Of a stretch of DNA of 64,000 nucleotides, positions 48,705 through 59,154 are shown in pieces (the stretch's first letter is position 1; each line of letters begins with the position of its first letter). Position numbers and translations under genes: made by a program. The DNA comes from Dehalococcoidia bacterium (GTDB lineage: Bacteria; Chloroflexota; Dehalococcoidia; Bin125). The notes beneath the pieces were generated by a model. It did no database searches, was not told where the DNA came from, and saw only the letters and a list, made by a program, of their open reading frames with translations. The DNA lies in contig CAXXNO010000004.1 of NCBI GenBank assembly GCA_963663235.2, positions 736,001 to 800,000 on the forward strand, given 5' to 3'.

Positions 48705-50492
48705 ATGAGCGACCTGAAAAATAAAGTGATGCGACGACGGGTCAGCCGGCGCAGCATTCTGGCGGCGTCGGGCGCGGCCGGGCTGGGGGCAGCGGGGCTG
48801 GCCTTGGTGGGCTGCGGCGACGACGACGACGAAGCGATATCGCAAGCCATTGCGCAGGTGATTGAAGAAGAGGCGGAGCCCGTCGAGCAGGTGGCGGCAG
48901 AGGAAGGCTTCGCGCCGGCGACCGTGGACCAGGTGCCGCCGCGGTCCGCCAAGGACCAGGCGATCCTGGCGATCGCGGCCACGCCGCTGGCGGCGGACCC
49001 GGACTTCGGCCATGGCAGCCCGCAGACGTGGGAGTCGTGGATGAACGTCCACGACCAACCGCTGAAGTTCGGCTGGGCGGAGTACCCCTTTGACGTGGGG
49101 GCGGTGGAGAATGTCGGCTACGTCTCGTTCAAGGACGAGGACATCCTGCCGTGGATGCACGAGTCCTTCCCGGAGTTGAGTGAAGACGGCACGAGCGCCA
49201 CGCACCGGATCAAGCCGGGCGTGCTGAGCTCCACGGGGAACGAGCTGACGGCCGATGACTTCGCTTGGCGGATCGACCGGGCGTTCCAGCTGGCGGGGAT
49301 CGGCGCGTTCTTCATGAACCTGCTGACGGTGGACCCGGCCAACCCGTACGAGATCATCGACAAGTACACCTTCAAGGTGAACGCCACAGCGCCGAACGGA
49401 CTGCTGGCACCGATCTGGGCGAACAGCGCCTGGCAGCCGCTGGACTCCGTGGAGGCCAAGAAGAACACCACCGCGGACGACGAGTGGGCCGTCGACTGGA
49501 TGGCGCAGAGCGCGGTGGGGTTCGGCGGCACCAAGATCAACAGCTTCGGCACGGGTGAGCGGGTGATCTACGGCGCGAACCCCAACTACTTCCGGGGTGA
49601 GCCGCCGATCAAGGAGATCATCTACGACGAGATCCCGTCGGCGTCCAACCGGCTGGCCGCGGTGGCGGCCGGTGAGGCGGACGCCGCGTACGGGCTCCCG
49701 GGCGAGCTGTTCGCCCAGGCGCAGAAAGAGGAGATCCAGAACCCGATCGCGATCAAGGGGAACTTCATCTGGTTCGCCTTCATGAACTCGCTGCGCGACC
49801 CGTTCCGCGACCCGCGGACACGCCAGGCGATGAACTGGGCGACGCCGCGGCAAGATATCCTGGATACGACGTTCGGCGGGCTGGGCAACGCCTGGACCAC
49901 GGTGATGACGTCGATCTGGGAGGGCATCTGCTTCGACTGCGCGCCGTGGGGCGTCGAGCCGGACTTCGCCGAGGCCAAGAAGTTGCTGGATGCGGCGGGG
50001 CAGGCGGACGGCTTCGAGGTCACCATTGACACGAACAGCTCGCGGGCGCAGGACGAGCGGATGGCCGTCCTCATGCAGGACGCGTACAAGAACATCAACG
50101 TGAACATGTCCATCAGCCCGCAGCCGGAAGGGCCGTTCATCGCCGAGGGCACGGGCAAGCAGAAGGTCATGGCGTTCTGGCAGGATGCCTACATCCAGCC
50201 CGACCCGATCTACTTCCTGGCGCTGGGCTACGACGCGGGCTTGAGCGGCATCAACAACTACGGGCAGTTGGACGACCCGCTGTTGAACGACTTGATCGCA
50301 CAAGCGTCGGCGAAGCTGACGAGTCCAGAGCGCGCGGAGATTGCGGTCCCGATCCAGGAGCGCGTCGTCGAGCTCTCGCCGTACATCTGGCTGGTGGAGC
50401 CGTTCTACGTCAACGTCATCAACGAGAACTTGCGCGGATGGCGCTGGCACACGACCCAGGAGACCTACTGGTCCGACATGTACTTCGTGTAG
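48705..50492 (+). CDS. ABC substrate-binding protein family 5, Tat-exported lipoprotein, copy 2
   Basis: Close paralogue of 46328..48115, same length. Confidence 0.9.
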   Translation: MSDLKNKVMRRRVSRRSILAASGAAGLGAAGLALVGCGDDDDEAISQAIAQVIEEEAEPVEQVAAEEGFAPATVDQVPPRSAKDQAILAIAATPLAADPDFGHGSPQTWESWMNVHDQPLKFGWAEYPFDVGAVENVGYVSFKDEDILPWMHESFPELSEDGTSATHRIKPGVLSSTGNELTADDFAWRIDRAFQLAGIGAFFMNLLTVDPANPYEIIDKYTFKVNATAPNGLLAPIWANSAWQPLDSVEAKKNTTADDEWAVDWMAQSAVGFGGTKINSFGTGERVIYGANPNYFRGEPPIKEIIYDEIPSASNRLAAVAAGEADAAYGLPGELFAQAQKEEIQNPIAIKGNFIWFAFMNSLRDPFRDPRTRQAMNWATPRQDILDTTFGGLGNAWTTVMTSIWEGICFDCAPWGVEPDFAEAKKLLDAAGQADGFEVTIDTNSSRAQDERMAVLMQDAYKNINVNMSISPQPEGPFIAEGTGKQKVMAFWQDAYIQPDPIYFLALGYDAGLSGINNYGQLDDPLLNDLIAQASAKLTSPERAEIAVPIQERVVELSPYIWLVEPFYVNVINENLRGWRWHTTQETYWSDMYFV

Positions 50493-50522
50493 GTTTTCTC
50501 GCAGGGTTGGAAGCGAACGAAG

Positions 50523-50550
50523 GAGGGGGCCGCCTGCGGGCGGCCCCCTC
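50523..50550 (+). terminator. Hairpin terminator after SBP copy 2
   Basis: GAGGGGGCCGCC-TGCG-GGCGGCCCCCTC followed by GCCTATTTCT. Confidence 0.65.
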
Positions 50551-50688
50551 GCCTATTTCTGAGGAGGTCCGGCCACACCGCGACGAGCGGCTGCCTTGAG
50601 CGGCAGCGAGCGGCGCGAGCCACCGTACTTCCGCTGCCCTTGGTGGCACAATAGGAAGCCATACGGCCCAGCGAGAGGAAGGTCTGCG

Positions 50689-51249
50689 ATGACTCTCAGT
50701 CGTATCGCACGGGAGCAAGTTCCTGCGCCCTACCGGGCGATGATCGACGAGTCCCTGGAGCTCACAGGAGACGCCCGATTCCTGGAAGTGGCGGCCAACG
50801 CGCCGCACATCACGCACTTCTACTTCGACCAGTTCTACGGGGAGGTCTTCTACGGCGGCAAAGTCGCCGTGCGGATCAAAGAGCTGGTGCGCTTGCGGCT
50901 CTCGCGGCTGCACGGCTGCGCGCTTTGAAACACAGTGAACACCGTCTCGGCGAGACGGTACGGCATCAGCGACGACGAGATCGCCGCGCTGGACGATTAC
51001 GAGCAGGGTCCCTTCGACGAGCGTGAGAAAGCGGCCATCCGGCTGGCCACGATCATGTCCTGGCGAGAGCCCACCGGCACCGTGGACGACGATCTCCTGG
51101 CGCAGCTGCAGGAGTATTTCAGTGACGGGGAGATCCTGGAGCTGGCGATGGTGTGCTCCGTCCTCACGGGCATGGCCAAGCTGCTCTTCGCCTTTGATCT
51201 TGCGGACAAGGAAGCGACCTGCCCGTACAACCCGCCGGACGGGTCCTGA
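50689..51249 (+). CDS. AhpD / carboxymuconolactone decarboxylase family protein, probable selenoprotein (CxxU; UGA at 50926-50928)
   Basis: KELVRLRLSRLHGCAL-TGA-NTVN continues in frame into GISDDEIAAL..F.ERE.AA..LA..FSD.EILEL; SECIS-like hairpin downstream. Confidence 0.88.
50941..50959 (+). promoter_or_regulatory. SECIS-like hairpin
   Basis: ACCGUCUC-GGC-GAGACGGU, perfect 8-bp stem 12 nt after the UGA. Confidence 0.75.
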
Positions 51250-51282
51250 CGGGTCCGGCACCGGCCGCGTAAGGAGTCCCGC

Positions 51283-52203
51283 ATGGAGTTTGGCGTCCAC
51301 CTGCCTCAGATCGGCCGGACGGGCAGCGGCGAGAACATCCGGCGGCTGGCAGAGCGCGCCGAAGCGCTCGGCTACGAATCGTGTTGGGTCAGCGACCACG
51401 TCACCATCCCAGAGCGGATCGCGTCGCGGTACCCGTACGGGAACGGGCGGCTGCCGGTGGGACCGGAGATCGCCTGGCTCGACCCGCTGGGCACGCTCTG
51501 CTTCGCCGCCGCCTGCACCGAGCGGGTGGCGCTCGGGATCTCGGTGCTGGTGCTGGGGCTGCGGCCGCCGGTGCAGACGGCCAAGCTGATCGCCACGCTG
51601 GACGTGCTGTCAGGGGGGCGTCTGATCCTGGGCATCGGCGTGGGGTGGATGGAAGAGGAGTTCGAGGCCGTGGGGATGCCCTGGGATCATCGCGGGGCGC
51701 GAGCCGACGAACAGCTCGAGGTCTTCGACGCGCTCTTCACTCAGGATCGCCCCGAGCATCACGGCCGTTTCTACGAATTCGAGCGGATCGGCTTCAACCC
51801 CAAGCCGATCCGCGGCCGTGTCCCGATCTGGGTGGGCGGCAGCAGCCCCGCCGCCTACCGGCGCGCGGCGCGCTACGGAGACAACTTCCATAGCGTGGCT
51901 TCGACGACGCCGCCGTCGGAGGTGCAGCAGCAGTGGGAGGCGGCGCGCCGCTTCGCCGAGGAGCAGGGGCGGGACCCCGACTCGGTGGCGCTCAGCCTGC
52001 GGGCCTGGCTGCGCTACGGCGCCGAGGACATCGGCGACGGTTCCTTCAGCGGCAGCGACGACCAGATCGTCGAGAGCATCGAGCGCTGGGCCGCGATCGG
52101 CGTATCGCACATCGCGATGGACATCGTGAGCCCGGGCGGGATCGAGCAGCAGGTGGAGTCGATTGAGCGCTTCGCCGCGAACGTGCGGCCGCAGTTGGGC
52201 TGA
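51283..52203 (+). CDS. LLM-class (probably F420-dependent) oxidoreductase
   Basis: MEFGVHLPQ, WVSDHV, ATLDVLSGGRLILGIGVGW.EEEF. Confidence 0.9.
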   Translation: MEFGVHLPQIGRTGSGENIRRLAERAEALGYESCWVSDHVTIPERIASRYPYGNGRLPVGPEIAWLDPLGTLCFAAACTERVALGISVLVLGLRPPVQTAKLIATLDVLSGGRLILGIGVGWMEEEFEAVGMPWDHRGARADEQLEVFDALFTQDRPEHHGRFYEFERIGFNPKPIRGRVPIWVGGSSPAAYRRAARYGDNFHSVASTTPPSEVQQQWEAARRFAEEQGRDPDSVALSLRAWLRYGAEDIGDGSFSGSDDQIVESIERWAAIGVSHIAMDIVSPGGIEQQVESIERFAANVRPQLG

Positions 52204-52213
52204 GGCCGGCAGG

Positions 52214-53050
52214 ATGGCGGGCAAGCATCCCAGCGGCAAGCGGGTCATTGTCACCGGCGCGACCGCAGGGATCGGCAGAGCGACGGCGCGGCTGTTCGCG
52301 CAGGAGGGCGCGCGCGTCGCCGCCGTGGCGCGACGCCAGGAGCGGCTGGAGGCGCTGGCCGGGGAAAGCGACGGGATGGCGGGGTCGATCATCCCCATCG
52401 TCGCGGACCTGTCCAACGAAGCGGACGCCCGGCGGATGGTGGACGAAGCCGCCGCCGCCCTGGGCGGGGTGGACATTCTGATCAACAACGCCGCGGCGGC
52501 GATGATGGGAGAGTTGATCGACGCGGATCTGCAACGTTGGCGCTACATGCTGGACGTCAACTATTTCGGTCCGGCGGCGGCGATCCAGGCGGCCATCCCG
52601 CACCTGCGGCAAGCGGGGGGCGGGCAGATCATCAACATCTCATCGACGGTGGCCAAGCGGTCGATGCCGGGCAGCGCCCCGTACTGCTCCTCCAAGATGG
52701 CGTTGGACGGGATCAGCGAAGGGCTGCGCCAGGAGCTGGAGCCGGAGGGCATCCGCGTGATCGTGGTCTACCCGGGGCTGACCGCTACCGAAGTCTACGA
52801 CGCCCTCCTGGCGATGGGGCCGCTGCCCAAGCCGGGCGGTTTCTGGGGGCTGCTGTTCCGGCTGCGCAGCAAGGTCCGCCGGGGCGTGCCGCCCGGGCAC
52901 GTGGCGCGCACGATCCTCAAGGCATCGCGGCGGGGGCAGCGGGAGGCCTACGTGACGATCGGTGACAAGCTGTCCGTGCAGCTGGCGGGCCTTGCCCCGG
53001 CGGTCATGGATTGGGTAGTGGCAGGGATGTACGGCAAACGGCGGACGTAG
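52214..53050 (+). CDS. Short-chain dehydrogenase/reductase
   Basis: TGATAGIG, INNA, NISS, YCSSK. Confidence 0.9.
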   Translation: MAGKHPSGKRVIVTGATAGIGRATARLFAQEGARVAAVARRQERLEALAGESDGMAGSIIPIVADLSNEADARRMVDEAAAALGGVDILINNAAAAMMGELIDADLQRWRYMLDVNYFGPAAAIQAAIPHLRQAGGGQIINISSTVAKRSMPGSAPYCSSKMALDGISEGLRQELEPEGIRVIVVYPGLTATEVYDALLAMGPLPKPGGFWGLLFRLRSKVRRGVPPGHVARTILKASRRGQREAYVTIGDKLSVQLAGLAPAVMDWVVAGMYGKRRT

Positions 53051-53137
53051 CGGGGCGCGGCGTCCGCGCGATCATCGAAGCGCGCTGCATGCGATGGTGG
53101 GCATCAAGGCAGCGGGCGCACTCCAGGAAGGCGTGTC

Positions 53138-54274
53138 ATGCCCTCGACGCTGACGAACGAGCTGTGCGAGATGCTGGGCATCGAGTACCCGATCATCCTG
53201 GCGGGCATGGGGGGCGCCGCCGGTCCGCAGCTGGCCGCGGCCGTTTCCGAGGCCGGCGGGCTGGGCGTGGTGGGAGCGAGCGGCTACAGCCCGGACGAGC
53301 TCTCGGGCATGATCGCCACGGTGCGATCGCTGACGGACAAGCCGTTTGGGGTCGACCTGCTCGTGCCCTCGTCGCTGGCGGAGAGCGGCAACCAGGAGGA
53401 CTTGGAAGCGCAGATCCCGGAAGAGCATCGGCAGTTCGTGGAGGAGCTGCGGCGCGAGTTCAAGCTCCCGAAGGCGAAGCAGCGACCGTACTTCATGCCC
53501 CCCACGCAGGAGTACTTCCGCAAGCAGGTGGCCGTGACGCTGGACGAGAAGGTTCCCGTCTTCGCCAGCGGGTTGGGGGACCCCGCCTGGATGGTGCCAG
53601 ACGCGCACGCGCAAGGCATGACGGTGATGGCCCTTGTGGGCAACACGAAGAACGCCAAGCGCGTAGCGGCGGGGGGCGCGGACGTAGTGGTGGCGCAAGG
53701 GACCGAGGCCGGCGGGCACACGGGGCGGATCGGCACGATGGCGCTGGTGCCGCAGGTCGTCGACGCCGTGTATCCAACCACGGTGGTTGCGGCAGGCGGC
53801 ATCGGCGATGGGCGAGGGCTGGTGGCGGCGCTGGCCCTGGGCGCGGCAGGAGTCTGGTGCGGCACGGCGTTCCTGGCCACGCCGGAGGCCTACCTGGACG
53901 CGGAGGAGCGCGGCGAGACCAACGCGTGGACGCGCCAGGTCCAGCAGCAGAAGCTGATCGCGGCCAGCGATGAGGATACGCGCGTCGGGAAGATGTACAC
54001 GGGCAAGCCGGTGCGCCACGTGCACAACGCCTGGACCGAGGCGTGGGAGCGGCCCGAGGCGCCGGCGACGCTGCCGACGCCCTTGCAAGAGCTACTGGTG
54101 AACGACGCGCTGCAAGGCGCCCGCGAAGGGCACGTGGAGGCGCTGATCGGAGGGCCGGCGGGCAACGCGGCAGGACTCATCAAGGCGGTCCACCCCGCGC
54201 GGGACGTGCTAGCAGCGATGGCGCGCGAAGCGGAGGCGCTGCTGGAGCGGCTGCCGCGATCGCCGCGGACCTAA
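53138..54274 (+). CDS. Nitronate monooxygenase / FabK-like flavin oxidoreductase
   Basis: LGIEYPII.AGM, AVSEAGGLG, QGTEAGGHTG, AAGGIGDGRG, GTAFLAT.E. Confidence 0.9.
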   Translation: MPSTLTNELCEMLGIEYPIILAGMGGAAGPQLAAAVSEAGGLGVVGASGYSPDELSGMIATVRSLTDKPFGVDLLVPSSLAESGNQEDLEAQIPEEHRQFVEELRREFKLPKAKQRPYFMPPTQEYFRKQVAVTLDEKVPVFASGLGDPAWMVPDAHAQGMTVMALVGNTKNAKRVAAGGADVVVAQGTEAGGHTGRIGTMALVPQVVDAVYPTTVVAAGGIGDGRGLVAALALGAAGVWCGTAFLATPEAYLDAEERGETNAWTRQVQQQKLIAASDEDTRVGKMYTGKPVRHVHNAWTEAWERPEAPATLPTPLQELLVNDALQGAREGHVEALIGGPAGNAAGLIKAVHPARDVLAAMAREAEALLERLPRSPRT

Positions 54275-54334
54275 ATTCGGGCCGGACTATACTGGGCCGG
54301 CGGCGGGGCGGCCCGCATGACCGAAGGGAGCGTC

Positions 54335-56116
54335 ATGGCAACCGAGCGTGGAGCGTCGGTCGACCCGATCACTTTCGAAGTGCTGCGCGGGGCCTTCGTG
54401 GCGATGTGCAACGAGATGGCGCTGGTCGTCGCCAAGACGGCCTACTCCACGCCGGTGAACGAGGGGCGCGACTTCGCCAGCGGCCTCTACGACGGGGAGG
54501 GGAAGCTGATCTCGCAGGGAGAGTTCGACCTGCCGGCGTTCGTAGGGCTGACGCACCTCACGGTGCCGGAGGTGATCCGGGCCATTGGGCGGGACAACAT
54601 GGAGCCCGAAGACATCTACATGATCAACGACCCGTATGTCGCGTCCACGCACTGTAACGACATTCACTTCGTCAAACCGATCTTCATGGACGGGAGCCTG
54701 GTGGCGTTCGTCTCGACCACGGCGCACTGGTCGGACGTGGGGGGTATAGCGCCGGGCTCGCTGATCTGCGTGGCACGCTCCCACTTTGAGGAAGGGATGC
54801 GGATCCCAGCCGTGCGGATCTACGAGCGCGGCGAGCTGAACACCGACGTGCTCCATTTGCTGCTGGCCAACATGCGCCAGGAGTGGGAGCGGCTTGGTGA
54901 CTTCAACGCGCAGGTCGCGGCGACCAGAGCGGGGGAGTCCCGGTTCCGCGTCATCGTGAAGCGGCACGGCCTGGACGCCGTCCTGAAGACCATGGCCGAC
55001 GTGCAGGACTACTCCGAGCGGCTGACGCGAACCGCGTTCACGTCGTTGCCGGACGGCACGTATTACGGCGAGGACCGCTGTGACCAGGACATCTTCACCG
55101 GCCTGCCCAAGGTGATGCGGCTCAACCTGACGATTGACGGGGACCACGCGATCATCGATCTGACGGAGAGCGACGATCCGGCGGAGTGCAGCATCAACTG
55201 CACGATCGCGGCGACGACATCGGCGGTGTTCATCGCGCTGCTGTCGATCCTACCGCCGATCCCGGTGAACAGCGGAGTGCTGCGGGCGATTGAGATCAAA
55301 GCGCGTCCGGGCTCGCTGGCGTGGGCGCTGCCGCCGGTGGGGGTCTCCGGGCTGCCCGCCACGACGATGGATTCCGTCACCAGTTGCACGTGGCAGGCGC
55401 TGGGCCAAGCGATACCCGAGCGGGGCATCGGGTCCGCGTACAGCATCCTGAACGCCGTCTTCTCCGGCTTCGACGAGCGGCCGGAGTTCCAATCGCCGTT
55501 CATCAATTACGTGTGGGGATTCGGTGGCATGGGAGCGGCGCAGACGCACGACGGCACGAGCGCCGCGGCCGCTCCCTACGGCGGCAGCATCCAGACCATC
55601 CCCGCAGAGCTCCAGGAGCGACGCTACCCGGTGCTGTGGAGGCGCCACCAGTTCCGGCAAGGCTCGGGCGGCCCGGGCGCATCACGCGGGGGATTGGGAC
55701 TGGACGAGCTGGTGGAGTTCCCGTTCCAATCGGGGACCGTCTCCTGCATCGGAGCGCGCGAGCGGTTCGGGGCGCCGGGAATTTTCGCCGGTGAGGAGGG
55801 CGGGACGTCCGGGTTGATCCTGAACCAAGGGACGGAGTCGGAACGGAACCTGGGCGTGCTCTGCCTGCACGAGCCCGTGGCCGCGGGCGAGATCATGTCC
55901 ATGTGGGCAGGCGGCGGGGGCGGCTACGGGGATCCGTTGGACCGTCCGGTTGAGGAGGTCGTCGAGGACGTCAAGGACGAATACGTGTCGATCGAGCAGG
56001 CGCGCACGCAGTACGGCGTGCTGGTGCGCGAGATCGACCGTCGCACGCTGGACTACGCGGCCGACGAGCAGGCCACCACGACGCTGCGGCAGGAGATGCG
56101 CGCCGCGCGCTCCTAA
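54335..56116 (+). CDS. Hydantoinase B / oxoprolinase family protein
   Basis: Paralogue of 4010..5800 with the same motifs; alternative start at 54317. Confidence 0.9.
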   Translation: MATERGASVDPITFEVLRGAFVAMCNEMALVVAKTAYSTPVNEGRDFASGLYDGEGKLISQGEFDLPAFVGLTHLTVPEVIRAIGRDNMEPEDIYMINDPYVASTHCNDIHFVKPIFMDGSLVAFVSTTAHWSDVGGIAPGSLICVARSHFEEGMRIPAVRIYERGELNTDVLHLLLANMRQEWERLGDFNAQVAATRAGESRFRVIVKRHGLDAVLKTMADVQDYSERLTRTAFTSLPDGTYYGEDRCDQDIFTGLPKVMRLNLTIDGDHAIIDLTESDDPAECSINCTIAATTSAVFIALLSILPPIPVNSGVLRAIEIKARPGSLAWALPPVGVSGLPATTMDSVTSCTWQALGQAIPERGIGSAYSILNAVFSGFDERPEFQSPFINYVWGFGGMGAAQTHDGTSAAAAPYGGSIQTIPAELQERRYPVLWRRHQFRQGSGGPGASRGGLGLDELVEFPFQSGTVSCIGARERFGAPGIFAGEEGGTSGLILNQGTESERNLGVLCLHEPVAAGEIMSMWAGGGGGYGDPLDRPVEEVVEDVKDEYVSIEQARTQYGVLVREIDRRTLDYAADEQATTTLRQEMRAARS

Positions 56117-56144
56117 CTCGTGGCCCGCCCAGCGGCGTGGCGGA

Positions 56145-57059
56145 TCAGACCGCCACGCGCGCCTTCACCCACTCGCCGATGCGGTCGATGGCCTGCTGCC
56201 CCTCGGGAACCATGCCAGCGAACTGCTGCCAGACGTGGAACATCTCCGGCCAGATCTCCATCGTGACGTCCACGCCGGCCGCCTTCGCCTTGTCCGCCAC
56301 GCGGGTGGTGTCATCGAGGATGAGCTCGGCGTCGCCGGCCTGCATCAGCAGCGGCGGCAGGCCGCGGAGGTCGGCGTAGAGGGGTGAGGCGAGCGGGTTG
56401 CGGGCATCGGCGCCCTTGAGATACATCGCGGCGTTGGCAAGGAGATGATCCGCCCTGATCATCGGGTCGGCGTCGCGGCGGCTTTCCATCGACTCGCCGG
56501 TGCCGGCCAGGTCGGCCCAGGCGGAGAGGGTGACCGCGCCATCGGGCATCGGGACGCCGGCGTCGCGGGCGGCGAGGAGAGTGGCGAGCGCAAGACCGCC
56601 GCCGGCGGAATCGCCGGCGATGAACGTCTGCGCCGCGGGCTTGGGGCCAACGGGGCCGTTGTCGCGCATCCAACGCAGTCCCGCGAGCCCGTCATCGACC
56701 GCAGCGGGGAACGGGTCCTCGGGCGCCATGCGGTAGGCCAGGAAGAGCATGGAGCAGCCGGTGGCGGCGGAGATGCGAGCCACCATGTCACGATGGGTGT
56801 TAAGCGAGCCCATGACGTAGCCGCCGCCGTGCAGATAGAGCAAGCGGCTGTCGGGGTCGGCGCCAGGGGCGCGCACCCACTCCGCGGCGACGCCGGCGGC
56901 ATCGACGGGAGTCACCGAAGTGCCCTCCGGCGGGGGAAGGGCCTTGCTGTCGGTCATCGCGCGCAACTCGCCGATCTTCGATGGGTCCGTGTATTCGCTC
57001 AGGATGTCCCCGAGCTTGGTGACCATCTTGAAGGCCTTGTCGAACTGTGGTGAAGCCAT
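56145..57059 (-). CDS. Alpha/beta hydrolase (HSL-family esterase)
   Basis: YLHGGG, YRMAPE.PFPAA, GDSAGG, E.I.DD, FHVW. Confidence 0.92.
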   Translation of the reverse strand: MASPQFDKAFKMVTKLGDILSEYTDPSKIGELRAMTDSKALPPPEGTSVTPVDAAGVAAEWVRAPGADPDSRLLYLHGGGYVMGSLNTHRDMVARISAATGCSMLFLAYRMAPEDPFPAAVDDGLAGLRWMRDNGPVGPKPAAQTFIAGDSAGGGLALATLLAARDAGVPMPDGAVTLSAWADLAGTGESMESRRDADPMIRADHLLANAAMYLKGADARNPLASPLYADLRGLPPLLMQAGDAELILDDTTRVADKAKAAGVDVTMEIWPEMFHVWQQFAGMVPEGQQAIDRIGEWVKARVAV

Positions 57060-57188
57060 GCGTTGCCCCTCTCGGAAGGTGTGGTCAAGCCGAGCCGTCC
57101 GACAATCCTAGCCGATCTCCACAGCAAGGCAATGCCGAGGGATGGGCCGCGTCCGGTGTGCGAGACCGCGGCCTCTTCCCGCCGCCGA

Positions 57189-59154
57189 CTAGGCGATCGC
57201 GGTCGTGCTCACGGTCAGGACGCCGTCCGCGACGGTCCCCAGGATCTGGATCGGCGCGTCCGACCAGGTGACGCCGCCGGCGCTCTGGCTGTCTGGGAGG
57301 CTGGCGAGATCGAAGCCGTCCACTCGCAGCGATGCTCCCCCGCATTGCGGCGGCAATGACTCGGCGAGCGCCTCACAGAGCCGGACCTCACCGCTCTCAG
57401 CCACGAGGAACCCGTTGACCAGCAGCGGCCCCTGGAGCGTCGTGGTCAGCGCCTCCGGGATGGAGATTCCCGGACCCACGCCGCCGACCGGACCGGATGC
57501 CAGAACGATGTCCTGCGCCGTCTCGGACACGATCCACAGCACCGCGCCCTCGCTGAGGGCGAAGTTGGTGATGCCGAGCGCCGGGATGAACGAGGTCCAG
57601 CTGACGGCGGCCGGGTCGAAGAGCCAGGCGATCTTGACCGTGCCGAAGACATCCGCCGCCTGCGCCGCCCCGAACGCCCAGAAGAGGAACTGGCCGCCGG
57701 CATTGAGGGCGAGGACCTCCGGGGCCGGCGGCTCCTCTTCCGCTTCCTCCTCGACGATCTCGACGAACAACACCGTGGTCAGGTGCGGCAACGACGCCTC
57801 CACCACCACCGGCGGGCCCAGCGACACCACGGTCACCGCGATGACTTCCCCGTTCACAACCACCGCGCCGCTCGCCGCGTCGAACCCCGCCGGCAACTCG
57901 AACTGCACCGTCACCGGCGTCGTGCCGCCGATGTCGGTCCCGTCGCCGGCGACGATGTCGATCTCCACGCCGAACGCCATCGTGCCCGCGGGCAGCCCGG
58001 CCTCCGCCAGCGCGTCCGCGACATCTCCCGCCGAGGCCGGTCGCATGTTCACGGTGATCTCCCTAGTCCCCGTGGGGAGATCGTCCGTGCTGATCTCCAC
58101 GGTCGTGCCATCAGCATCCGTGACCCGGATGTCGCCCCCGTTCGCGGTCTGGGTTTCCACATCGATGGGGCGCCGCCGGCCCGTGACCGGGTCCACCGTG
58201 TGCGTCCCCGTCGCCGGGTCGAACGTGCCTTCGTCCGCCGACGCCGGCGCTGGCGCCGGCCCGAAGCCAACGAGGGGCCCCACGGTGAACGGCGCCGACG
58301 TGCCCGTCTCCACCCCCGTCCCCAGGCCCGCCGCCGGTGTGTCCGTGGCCGTGATCGTCGCGCCGCCGTTGTTGAGTCCGTTGAGGACCAGCCCGTGGTT
58401 GTTCAGCACCCCGTTAGTGAAAACGCCGGTCGTCCCGCCCCCGGCCCCGATCGGCAGGTTGCTGGTGAGGTCCACCGTGTCGCCCGCCAAGTTGAAGTTG
58501 TTGAAGCCGTCATTGAGCGTGTTGTTGAACTGGTCGCGGGCCGATGCCGCCGCCGCCCTGCCGCTCCACCAGGAAGTTGGCCAGAGCGCCGGGCACGTGG
58601 TGGATCGGGTGGGCGTTGGGCGTGTCGAAGGCCGTCACGTTCCCCGCGATCGTCACGTTGGCCGTGCCGTCCCCGACGATGACCGTCTTGCCCGCCAGGG
58701 GCCGCAGCTCCATCCCGGTGATCGAGATGAGGCCGGCCACGCCGACGCCCGCGGCGGTCACGGTCCACGTCGCCACGGTGTTGCCGACGCTGTAGACCGG
58801 CGCAACCGCCGCGCCCGCGCCGCCGCCGAGGTCGATATCCGTCGCGCCGTAGAAGAACCCAGCGGCCGCATCACCGGCCGCCGCGGGATTGAACTCGAGC
58901 CCGGCGGGCGCGGTCAAGGCGAACGTGTTGGTGGCCGCCAGGTCCACCCCCGGCTCATCGGTAAAGTCGATGTCGTCCAGCAAGGTGAAAGCGCCGCCGT
59001 TCGTGTCCGCGTCGATGTCCACGATCAGGCCCGGGAACACCGCGTGCACGGCGAACGCCTTCTCCGACTCGCTGATCACCATCCCGGCGGCGACCACTAG
59101 CGCCAGGAGGATCCTGAAAGAGACGGCATGCGGGAAGCGTGGCAGGGCAGGCAT
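57189..59154 (-). pseudogene. Large secreted/surface protein with Ig-like segments, a GWN-type domain and a C-terminal Cys-pair domain; frame break near 58540
   Basis: Signal peptide at 59154 with AGGAG RBS. ORF 58510..59154 and ORF 57189..58490 join with a +1 shift at IG/ARDQFNNT. Confidence 0.6.

Noticed and set aside
46328-50492. Duplicated SBPs as a diversity-generating retroelement template/variable pair
   Set aside because: Differences are not adenine-specific, both copies are full genes, and there is no reverse transcriptase in the window.
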